DNA of 18,865 bases from the IMG/VR virus record IMGVR_UViG_3300045988_134170. The stretch is one strand, 5' to 3'. This stretch comes from a virus. Positions 5,697 through 13,067 of the stretch are shown here, piece after piece. A program made the position numbers and the translations under genes. The notes under the pieces are model-generated. The model searched no databases. It had not been told where the DNA came from and saw only the letters and a list, made by a program, of their open reading frames with translations. Positions within the stretch are counted from its first letter, which is position 1, and the number at the start of each line of letters is the position of its first letter.

Positions 5697-5705
5697 TGAT
5701 ATAAT
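5697..5705 (+). promoter_or_regulatory. Extended -10 promoter TGATATAAT for the structural operon
   Basis: Lies directly after the terminator and 37 nt upstream of ATG 5742. AAGGAG RBS at 5729-5734. Confidence 0.6.
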
Positions 5706-5741
5706 TTTAATGGAAATACTACCAGCGTAAGGAGCATTTGC

Positions 5742-6020
5742 ATGGCAGATCCAAATACCGAAGGCGAGGAAACCACCACTCCGCCGCCGACCGAAGAGGA
5801 ACAGCAGACGGAAACCGTGGATGATGAAGTCAAGCCGAAAGAAGAACCGGAACCGGAACCGTCCGAACCGGACGTAAGCGCGCGCCTTGACAGTATCGAA
5901 AAGGAATTGGCCGCATTGAAGGCCATGCTGGACACGCTCGGCTACACCGAACCGGCACCGTCCGACAACGACGGCGACAACGACGGCGACGGCGAGTCAA
6001 TCGAAGATTTGTTCGACTAA
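5742..6020 (+). CDS. Putative scaffolding protein (92 aa, very acidic)
   Basis: Immediately upstream of the capsid gene, like phi29 gp7 (about 100 aa). Contains a helical segment ARLDSIEKELAALKAMLDTL, an EPEPEP stretch and a DNDGDNDGDGE tail. The 12-nt unit GACAACGACGGC occurs twice at 5964-5987. Confidence 0.6.
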   Translation: MADPNTEGEETTTPPPTEEEQQTETVDDEVKPKEEPEPEPSEPDVSARLDSIEKELAALKAMLDTLGYTEPAPSDNDGDNDGDGESIEDLFD

Positions 6021-6036
6021 AAGAAAGGTATAAACA

Positions 6037-7758
6037 ATGTCCAATATTCGACCACTTGCAGGTAAAGGTGATGTTGAGATTTTCAACGCCGTACGTAGTG
6101 CCACCTCTCCCCAGTTTCAGGTGCGCATTCCGTCCGCCACTCAAGGCAATATTCGCAACGCGGTGGATACCATGCGCAACTTCCCCTATCTGCGCGATGA
6201 GTTCACCGGCGTGCTGATTCAGCGTTTGATTGGCCTTTACGTCCAACATGCCGACTGGGATGATCCGCTTAAGCTTATTGGCTCGCCGCGCACCCTCAAG
6301 CGCTACGGCAGCACCTACGAACAGGCGGCAGTAGGCTTGGTCAAGGCACGCACTCGTAATTTCAATAAGGAGTATCTTGGAGATGACGTGTATGGCCGTT
6401 ACTCGCTGCCGACTGCTTCGGTGTTCCACCCCCTTACTTTTGACCATTATTACCCCGTTACCGTTCCGGAGGATGCGCTGCTGACCGCATTCGACGGCGA
6501 AAGCGGCATGTCGGATTATATCGCGGAGATTATGAACGCTCCGATTCTATCCGACCGAAACGACATGTACCTCATGAAGGTGCAGACGTTCGCGGAATAC
6601 GCGCGTAAGGGCGGTTTCTACCGCGTGCATACCCCCGACGTTGGCAAGGCCGACTCGACTGAAGCGGACGCGAAGGGTCTCTTGCGTCTCATTCAGCAAG
6701 TGGCGAATGAACTCAAGGCGTCGCCAATGAGCGCCATGCCACGCTACAACGCAATGAGTTGGGTCACCCCTTGGCGCGACAGTGAAGCCATTCTCTTCGC
6801 CACTCCGCAGGTTATCGCCGCGCTCAACGTCGAAGCACTCGCCGCCGCGTTCCACATCGATAAAGTCAACGTGCCGTATCGCATCATCCCGATTCCGGAG
6901 GATATGTTCGGTATCGGCGGTGCGGCCGGTAAGGTGCAGGCTGTGCTGACCACGGAAGACTTCTTCTTCTGTTGGGACGAAATGCTTGAAACCACCAACT
7001 CTCCCGTCAATCCAATTGACGGCACGCGCAACATCTTCTATAAGCATAGGGGGTCTATCACTCCGAATCCGTTCGCCAACGCGGTTCTCTTCTGGACCGG
7101 CGAAGGCTCCAATGAGTCCGTGACCCTGCCGGATACGCTCACCACCTCGAAGCCTGAGTTCACTCTGCGCGTGCGCAAGTATGGACAGCCCGCCATCACC
7201 CCCCAAAACGTTTCTCGTGGCGACTTGGTGCAGGTCGAGTCCGTCATTACCAGCGCCAACAAGGATACGGCGTCGTTCCAGCCGGTCGGCATCAAGTACA
7301 CGCTTGAGGGTGCCACCTCACAGTTCACGTCGATTGATAACGACGGAATTTTGCGTTGCGGCCTTGACGAAACCGCCGAAGAGCTCAAGGTCACCGCTCA
7401 GGCAACCTACATCGATCCCGCGCATCCTGAAATCGACCAGACGGTTTCCGCCGCATTGTCCGTGCCGGTGGTTGGCGCATGGCTCGGTGGCTGGAAGGCA
7501 GGAGCCATCGAGTCCATTGAGATCCAGGGCGAAAAGTCGGTCAAGGTTAAGGAGCATGTAGCACTTAAGGCGATTGCCACCAAGACGGACGGCAACACCG
7601 CAGACGTGACCAACCTCGCCATGTGGACTGTGGACGCTAATGCGACTGTCACACCCAACGGCGTGCTGACTGGAACCGTGGCGGGCACTGTCAATGTTTC
7701 CGTGAAGTTCGCGGGAGCTGCTGGAACGGCGAAGGTCACCGTTACCGCCGCCGCCTGA
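6037..7758 (+). CDS. Major capsid protein with C-terminal Ig-like (Big_2-type) domain, 573 aa
   Basis: Largest head-module ORF, located after the scaffold gene. The C-terminus (IEIQGEKSVKVKEHVALKAIATKTDGNTADVTNLAMWTVDANATVTPNGVLTGTVAGTVNVSVKFAG) has the typical Big_2 pattern. phi29 gp8 has the same HK97-fold plus BIG2 layout. Confidence 0.8.
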   Translation: MSNIRPLAGKGDVEIFNAVRSATSPQFQVRIPSATQGNIRNAVDTMRNFPYLRDEFTGVLIQRLIGLYVQHADWDDPLKLIGSPRTLKRYGSTYEQAAVGLVKARTRNFNKEYLGDDVYGRYSLPTASVFHPLTFDHYYPVTVPEDALLTAFDGESGMSDYIAEIMNAPILSDRNDMYLMKVQTFAEYARKGGFYRVHTPDVGKADSTEADAKGLLRLIQQVANELKASPMSAMPRYNAMSWVTPWRDSEAILFATPQVIAALNVEALAAAFHIDKVNVPYRIIPIPEDMFGIGGAAGKVQAVLTTEDFFFCWDEMLETTNSPVNPIDGTRNIFYKHRGSITPNPFANAVLFWTGEGSNESVTLPDTLTTSKPEFTLRVRKYGQPAITPQNVSRGDLVQVESVITSANKDTASFQPVGIKYTLEGATSQFTSIDNDGILRCGLDETAEELKVTAQATYIDPAHPEIDQTVSAALSVPVVGAWLGGWKAGAIESIEIQGEKSVKVKEHVALKAIATKTDGNTADVTNLAMWTVDANATVTPNGVLTGTVAGTVNVSVKFAGAAGTAKVTVTAAA

Positions 7759-7778
7759 CAATAGACGCTGGCTAGTAA

Positions 7779-7817
7779 AATAGGTGTGAGAAGATAATTC
7801 TCGCACCTATTATTTTT
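7779..7817 (+). terminator. Intrinsic terminator or attenuator after the capsid gene
   Basis: 13-bp stem AATAGGTGTGAGA / TCTCGCACCTATT with one G-U pair, a 7-nt loop, then ATTTTT. Confidence 0.7.
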
Positions 7818-7829
7818 AGGAGGACTTTT

Positions 7830-10058
7830 ATGAGCGCAAATGACCTACCGATTAATTTTTCGTACGCGAAATGGACGCCAAACACACGATTCAAACTCTG
7901 TAACGTGCCGTGGGACATGGGCTATAGGGATATAGTCAAATGGAGCAGACGGATCCAGCACGACTATTTCGAGCGTCTGGACGGCATCGAGTTCGCAAAC
8001 TGCACGATGGCGAAATACGGACTGCCGGTACGTCTACCGGTGCCGTTCGCTCAAGCGTCACAATACAATTATCTAATTGCGACGAACGACTACGATTTCG
8101 ACACCCCCCGTTCATGGTATTACTTTGTCCAGACGTGCGATTACGTCAACGCCAACACCACACAACTCAATATCCAACTTGACGTGTGGCAAAGTTTCCA
8201 GCATGACATCCAGCTCGGCAACGCCTATGTCGAACGAGGGCATGTCGGCGTGGCGAACGAAAACGCTTGGAAAGATTATGGCCGAACCTATCTCGACCTA
8301 CCCGAAGGACTGGACACCGGTAAGGCAATGGTAGTCACGGAACAGCGATACAAGAGTCTGATTGGAGAGACGAACGGCTACACCACCTTCGGCGTGATCG
8401 TGGTGTCCACCACGAAACTGGACACTGACCCCGGCACCGCAAGCGCGCCGAAAACCACGTGCGCGGACGGCAGCGCTTTTGAAAACCACACAAACGGCAC
8501 CGCATTATACTATTTCTCGGACGCTTTGGACTTCCTCGCCGTCATAGAGGCCGGTGCTGAATATCCTTGGGTGACTCAGGGTATTTGCGGCATCTATGCC
8601 ATTCCACAGCTTCCGGAGGCGCTACTGAAAAAACAGCCGAAGCCGGGCGTGTTTTTTCATCACATGATTGATTGGCGCGGCGACTGCTACCGTTTGGAGG
8701 TTCGGCATAATGACGCTAAAAGCCGCTACGCCGACATTATCCACATCACGAATTTTCGAGATAATTTCAAACTCCCCGAACGCTACAAATATCTGAAAAA
8801 ATTCCGCACCGCACCATACGCCGTACTGGAATGCTCGTGCCTCAACGGAACCGTAATCACTTATAATCCCGAGCAGATACCAAGCGCCGACTTGACAATT
8901 CGTGAGTCGTGGGACTACGCGCCGCCTTCCCCGCGACTCAACTTTTATCCGCGCGGATACAACGCCGGAAGTGTCAGCGAACAGTCGCCGTTGCCGAACG
9001 ACTCCGGGCTGCCGATCGATTCGGGCGAAATGCTTAATGCAAGCTTTGGCATCACTAATTTTCCTACCTTTATGACGGTCAACAACGGTAGTGCCTTGGC
9101 CTTGGCCAATAGCGCCTACACGAGGGCGTATGCGCAACAGTCGGCCGATTGGGCACAGCAGAAAACCCAGATGGGCATCAACAACGCCTACGCTCAAGCG
9201 CAACTCGGCGCCCAGTACGCGAGTGCCCAGAATCGACTTGGCACCTCGAATCGTAATGCCATGAATGCGATTAGCAACCAGAGCGCGCAAATAGGCACCG
9301 ATTTGACGCTGAAAAACCTTGGCTTTAATAATCAAATGGCACAGATCAACACTATCGGCAGTGGCGTGGCGAACGCGGTTGGTTCCGCCGTCGCGGGTAA
9401 TGTTGGCGGTGTGGCCGGTGCCATTGCGGGCACTGCAATCGGCGCATGGACAAACCAGATGACCTATGATAACAACGTGTCAACCGCGAACCAGCAATTG
9501 GCGAACACGCAAACCACTAACAACGCATCGACATCACAGGCCAACGCCTACAGTCTCGCACAAACGAATCTGTCCAATCGGCAGACTATGCAGTTCGCGG
9601 ATATGAACCGGCAACTTGCCCAGGCGACGGCGCAAGGCGATTATGAGAACACGATTGCGGGCATTAACGCGCAAGTGCAACAAACCCAAACCATACCCCC
9701 TACCACGTCGGGAGCGTTAGGCGGTGACGCTTTCAACCTTGCCAACGGATTGATTGGTGTCATGGTACGCTTCCGGCAGATACCACCCGCCGCCATGCGC
9801 TCCATCGGTGAAGTATGGCTAAGATACGGATATTACGTGCAACGCTTCATGAAACTGCCGGAAAATCTCATGGCAATGAGCAATTTCACCTACTGGAAGC
9901 TCCATGAATTGTACGTAAGGTCTACTACGTGTCCAGAAGAATACCGGCTTACAGTCAAAGGTATTTTCGAGAGTGGCGTAACGGTATGGACTGATCCTGA
10001 TAAAATCGGCGTGACTGACTACGCGGACAACGTGCCATTATCCGGTATCGCGTACTGA
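7830..10058 (+). CDS. Tail knob protein (phi29 gp9-like), 742 aa
   Basis: AGGAGG RBS. The N-terminal NVPWDMGYRDIV resembles the gp9-family DVPFSNDY motif. The C-terminal EVWLRYGYYVQRF...FTYWKL...GIFESGVTVW resembles the gp9-family YGY...GV.FW pattern. Positioned between the capsid and connector genes, as in phi29. Confidence 0.7.
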   Translation: MSANDLPINFSYAKWTPNTRFKLCNVPWDMGYRDIVKWSRRIQHDYFERLDGIEFANCTMAKYGLPVRLPVPFAQASQYNYLIATNDYDFDTPRSWYYFVQTCDYVNANTTQLNIQLDVWQSFQHDIQLGNAYVERGHVGVANENAWKDYGRTYLDLPEGLDTGKAMVVTEQRYKSLIGETNGYTTFGVIVVSTTKLDTDPGTASAPKTTCADGSAFENHTNGTALYYFSDALDFLAVIEAGAEYPWVTQGICGIYAIPQLPEALLKKQPKPGVFFHHMIDWRGDCYRLEVRHNDAKSRYADIIHITNFRDNFKLPERYKYLKKFRTAPYAVLECSCLNGTVITYNPEQIPSADLTIRESWDYAPPSPRLNFYPRGYNAGSVSEQSPLPNDSGLPIDSGEMLNASFGITNFPTFMTVNNGSALALANSAYTRAYAQQSADWAQQKTQMGINNAYAQAQLGAQYASAQNRLGTSNRNAMNAISNQSAQIGTDLTLKNLGFNNQMAQINTIGSGVANAVGSAVAGNVGGVAGAIAGTAIGAWTNQMTYDNNVSTANQQLANTQTTNNASTSQANAYSLAQTNLSNRQTMQFADMNRQLAQATAQGDYENTIAGINAQVQQTQTIPPTTSGALGGDAFNLANGLIGVMVRFRQIPPAAMRSIGEVWLRYGYYVQRFMKLPENLMAMSNFTYWKLHELYVRSTTCPEEYRLTVKGIFESGVTVWTDPDKIGVTDYADNVPLSGIAY

Positions 10059-10068
10059 CACATATAAT

Positions 10069-10106
10069 GGAGAGAGCATATTAAGAAGCTCTCTCTATTA
10101 TTTTTT
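10069..10106 (+). terminator. Intrinsic terminator or attenuator after the tail knob gene
   Basis: GGAGAGAGC-10 nt-GCTCTCTCT, then ATTATTTTTT. Confidence 0.65.
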
Positions 10107-10118
10107 AGGACGGTGATT

Positions 10119-11054
10119 ATGAGCAAACGCAATAACGCAAGGAAGGCCGCGCACTGGGATAACCAAAGCGTGCTCGGCTCCATGTGGGGCAATTTGAATC
10201 TGCCCGAAATGCGGCAAAGCCTGCGCATCAATCAGTACATGAAATTGATTGAAATGTTGGCGGTGAGCCGGTTCAAATGGATTAATTTGCCTCCGTACAT
10301 TGACGAACGATATTTGGAACTGACTCTATTCGAGAACGGTTTGGCACTCTTCTTCCCCGATAAACGCAAGGGAGTGAATCGTTTCATGGTCACGTCGGGC
10401 AATATCGGGGGCGTCAATAATTACAACAATCCAACCTCGTTCCAGCCGGTAGCCACGAATTACTCGCACCCGCAAATGGGCTCGAAAGAATGTGTCCCGA
10501 TTTGGGACAACCAATTACGTTGTACCATGATTGATGTCATGTGGAATTACGCCACGCGATTGGCGATTGCCGACCGCGCGCTTGACGTCAACTTGGACAA
10601 TATCAGCGTGCCGTTGATTATCGCCACGTCCGAAACCAACAAACTCACCGTCCAAAACCTCATGAAGGCGCGTGAAGACGGAGATCCATACGTGTACGCC
10701 TACGATTCGGCGGATATCACCGGTATGTTTCAGACTTTTCCGAACATGACGCCGTTTTTGGCGGACAAAATCATCACGACGAAAACGCAGATTTGGAATG
10801 AATTAGTCAACTATCTTGGCATCGACAACAGCACGACGGAAAAGAAGGAGCGACTGCTTGAGTCGGAAGTCACGGCCGGAAACAGTCGTACGAACGTTTT
10901 CCGCTTGAGCTATCTTAAGGCACGTCAACAGGCGTGCGATACGATTAACCGGTTGTGGCCGCAAATGGCCGACTCGGGGCATCCTATCGGCATCGAGTGG
11001 AACGACACTACGAGTGGTGGCTTGCTGGACGTTGACGGAAACAAGGAGGAATAA
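10119..11054 (+). CDS. Head-tail connector / upper collar (portal) protein, phi29 gp10-like, 311 aa
   Basis: Clear matches to remembered phi29 gp10. [28 protein letters not shown] matches [57 protein letters not shown] matches [42 protein letters not shown] matches SREEACEKINELYG. ATG 10119 (AGGA 8 nt upstream) is preferred to GTG 10113. Confidence 0.9.
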   Translation: [311 protein letters not shown]

Positions 11055-11056
11055 TA

Positions 11057-11869
11057 ATGGTGCAGGACTTGAGTATGTATGCCGTTAAAGACAGCATGGC
11101 GGATTACACTTTGACGCTTGGCAATCTGATTGCACGCGGTTTTAATACGGACGAAAAACTGCATTTGAGCGTTCAATATTACCCGATTTTCGACGAAAAA
11201 TATAGAGCGAAATTGAATGAGAAAATCGTGGCACACTACGCATTGCGTGAAATCGGCAGTGAAACGCCACAGATGTTCGTTTTTTATCTAGGTAGGACAA
11301 TGCGCGAACAGATGGACTATTACAATCAACTGTATTTATCCGCGCAACATAAGTTCGATCCTTTTATAACGTCCGACATTCGGCAGGAAATGGATTCGAC
11401 GAACACGAACGAGTCCAGCGGAAAATCGAGCGGCACGCAATCGAATAAGTCCACGGCTAACAGCACGTCCGATACCACCGCCGACAATTCGTCAATGACG
11501 TTTAATTCGGAGTTTCCGCAAACTCGTATTGACGATTTTCGCAAGTATGCGACAACCGCAAGCCAAACGGACTCTACCGGCAACACGCATACAAGTACAC
11601 AGCAGGATAGTACGGCAACCGTGTCCAGTACCAGCAACACCGATTTTTCGCACTCATCCGACAAGGGTAACAGCGTGTCGCATACGCTCGGCACTAGTGG
11701 TTCGCAGTCGCAGCTTTTGCAGGATTGGCGTAACACCATGCTCAATATCGACATGATGGTAATTAACTCGCTTGAGGAACTATTTTTAGGGATGTGGGGT
11801 AGTGGCGACAATATGACCAACGTGCCGCAGCTTTACAGCACCTCGTTAGCCTATAATCTCGGTCACTAG
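11057..11869 (+). CDS. Lower collar protein (270 aa)
   Basis: Follows the connector gene. YPIFDEKYRAKLNEKIVAHYALREIGSETPQMFVFYL matches the motif I remember from lower collar proteins of small staphylococcal podoviruses. The C-terminal half is Ser/Thr/Asn-rich. Confidence 0.65.
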   Translation: MVQDLSMYAVKDSMADYTLTLGNLIARGFNTDEKLHLSVQYYPIFDEKYRAKLNEKIVAHYALREIGSETPQMFVFYLGRTMREQMDYYNQLYLSAQHKFDPFITSDIRQEMDSTNTNESSGKSSGTQSNKSTANSTSDTTADNSSMTFNSEFPQTRIDDFRKYATTASQTDSTGNTHTSTQQDSTATVSSTSNTDFSHSSDKGNSVSHTLGTSGSQSQLLQDWRNTMLNIDMMVINSLEELFLGMWGSGDNMTNVPQLYSTSLAYNLGH

Positions 11870-11901
11870 AGTATACTTAATACAGACAGTTAGGAGGATT
11901 A

Positions 11902-12501
11902 ATGAACGGAATAAACCTATGCGCCGCACCGCTCGACATCGATCCGCGACAACGCTATTTCACTACAGTTCAGCCGTTCTCATACCGCGACACGTTGACA
12001 GTGCTCGGCTACGTCCAGGAGGTTGCAAGCCATCTGGACGAACTGCGCGAACAGCTCGACAATCTCGCCAAAGACGAAAACGCCGACATCGAAGCCATCA
12101 AACAGCTAGTAGCCGGTTTCAACGAGCAGTTCGAGCGCATCAACAGAACATTGGATGACTTGGAAAAACAAGTCGGCCAATATGAAGACTCTGACTTAAC
12201 CTATAATCCGACTCGTGGCAAGTACGAGGACTCAAAAAACACGAATCGAGACATGTACCGTGAGCTTGCCGTTTTCGGCGCGCGCGTCAACCAAATGGCA
12301 CAATTGTCCGCGCCTATGGCCGCCGCGCACACGTGTCTTGAGTTCGCGGTGCTTGGCAACAAAACCATTTTTCACAACGACGAACCACGCATCACGCCAC
12401 GCGACGTACACGTGGATGACGGTGAACCGGTCAACTCGCTAACGGTTGAAAATCTCGCCAATGGCATCGTGGTCAACAATTTCATGAAAATCGCAAAATA
12501 A
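11902..12501 (+). CDS. Structural protein with central coiled coil (199 aa), function unknown
   Basis: AGGAGG RBS. Heptad-like segment HLDELREQLDNLAKDENADIEAIKQLVAGFNEQFERINRTLDDLEKQV. Located in the tail/appendage cluster. Confidence 0.6.
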   Translation: MNGINLCAAPLDIDPRQRYFTTVQPFSYRDTLTVLGYVQEVASHLDELREQLDNLAKDENADIEAIKQLVAGFNEQFERINRTLDDLEKQVGQYEDSDLTYNPTRGKYEDSKNTNRDMYRELAVFGARVNQMAQLSAPMAAAHTCLEFAVLGNKTIFHNDEPRITPRDVHVDDGEPVNSLTVENLANGIVVNNFMKIAK

Positions 12502-12519
12502 TAGGAAGGATTACGGCAA

Positions 12520-12873
12520 ATGACCAGCAAAACTCCAAATTACAATCTTGAAAAGTATGACGCGACGGACGCGCCGAACCTTGAGGGGCAATACAATCAC
12601 TCAATGGACATCCTTGACACGACGTTGAAAACGCAGTCGGAGAAGATTGACGCTATTCCTACACCTGAATCTTTGCCGGAAGGTTTGAAAGAGTTCGCCT
12701 CCGCTCTCGGATTGAGCAGCGCTAACGCCAACGCGCTCGGCACCGCCCTCAATCACTTTCTCAACCGTACCCCCGCAACCGGTGGCGGACAGTATACCGT
12801 CAAAAACCTCAACAATACGAAAGTCACTGCGGAGGGCTTGCCGTTCGTTTCCACCACTGCTTCGGGAAAGTGA
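12520..12873 (+). CDS. Fibre-like protein, short (117 aa), carrying the N-terminal anchor motif
   Basis: GGAAGGA RBS. The N-terminus PNYNLEKYDATDAPNLEGQYNHSMDILDTTL shares a motif with the next two ORFs. It ends in GGGAAAG-TGA. Confidence 0.7.
   Translation: MTSKTPNYNLEKYDATDAPNLEGQYNHSMDILDTTLKTQSEKIDAIPTPESLPEGLKEFASALGLSSANANALGTALNHFLNRTPATGGGQYTVKNLNNTKVTAEGLPFVSTTASGK
12864..12870 (+). promoter_or_regulatory. Candidate -1 programmed frameshift heptamer G GGA AAG
   Basis: The zero frame reads tcG GGA AAG TGA, which is X XXY YYZ in register. The -1 frame continues GTG ACG ATT ATG... and is open to 13061. Confidence 0.4.
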
Positions 12874-12878
12874 CGATT

Positions 12879-13061
12879 ATGGCAGACAGTCAGCAGACCA
12901 CTCCCGTGGACTCCGCCGCATACGATGTGACGCGACGTTGGGGGCTTCCCCTCTATAATGACACAACGTCTATGGACTTACGCGATGGATACAATCGCGC
13001 CATGCGCATGATTGACCAGATCCTCACACAACTACAAACCCAAATTCGAGAAAAGGATTAA
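12879..13061 (+). CDS. Small protein (60 aa) with the same anchor motif; may also be a frameshift extension of 12520-12873
   Basis: ATG 12879 lies 8 nt after GGGAAAG, which could also act as an SD. Contains LPLYNDTTSMDLRDGYNRAMRMIDQIL. Confidence 0.5.
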   Translation: MADSQQTTPVDSAAYDVTRRWGLPLYNDTTSMDLRDGYNRAMRMIDQILTQLQTQIREKD

Positions 13062-13067
13062 TGTAAA

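Noticed and set aside
5600-5935. Minus-strand ORF of 111 aa spanning the pol-scaffold gap and the scaffold gene.
   Set aside because: It runs antisense through a + strand terminator, promoter and RBS. Its translation is Ser/Gly-rich, mirroring the acidic scaffold codons, and no start signals are present.
5830-7806. Long minus-strand ORFs opposite the capsid gene (5830-6447, 6547-7206, 7038-7394, 7318-7806, 7407-7739), and alternative + frame ORFs such as 7181-7561.
   Set aside because: These are shadow ORFs of a strongly supported + strand gene. They have Arg/Ser/Gly-rich, low-complexity-like translations and no RBS. The same reasoning applies to 3444-3962, 8622-9335, 11326-11820, 14917-15626 and 1680-2132 on the minus strand.
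10061-10068. TATAAT (10063-10068) and TAAAAT (7775-7780) just upstream of the terminator hairpins after the tail-knob and capsid genes, as extra promoters giving hairpin-capped transcripts.
   Set aside because: They have no -35 and no TGn. A/T-rich sequence flanking terminator stems is expected anyway. The idea cannot be excluded, but it is not supportable without 5'-end mapping.
11832-11857. TTTACA ... TATAAT pair near the end of the lower collar gene, as a possible promoter for 11902.
   Set aside because: The spacer is only 14 nt and there is no TGn extension. It is more likely chance.
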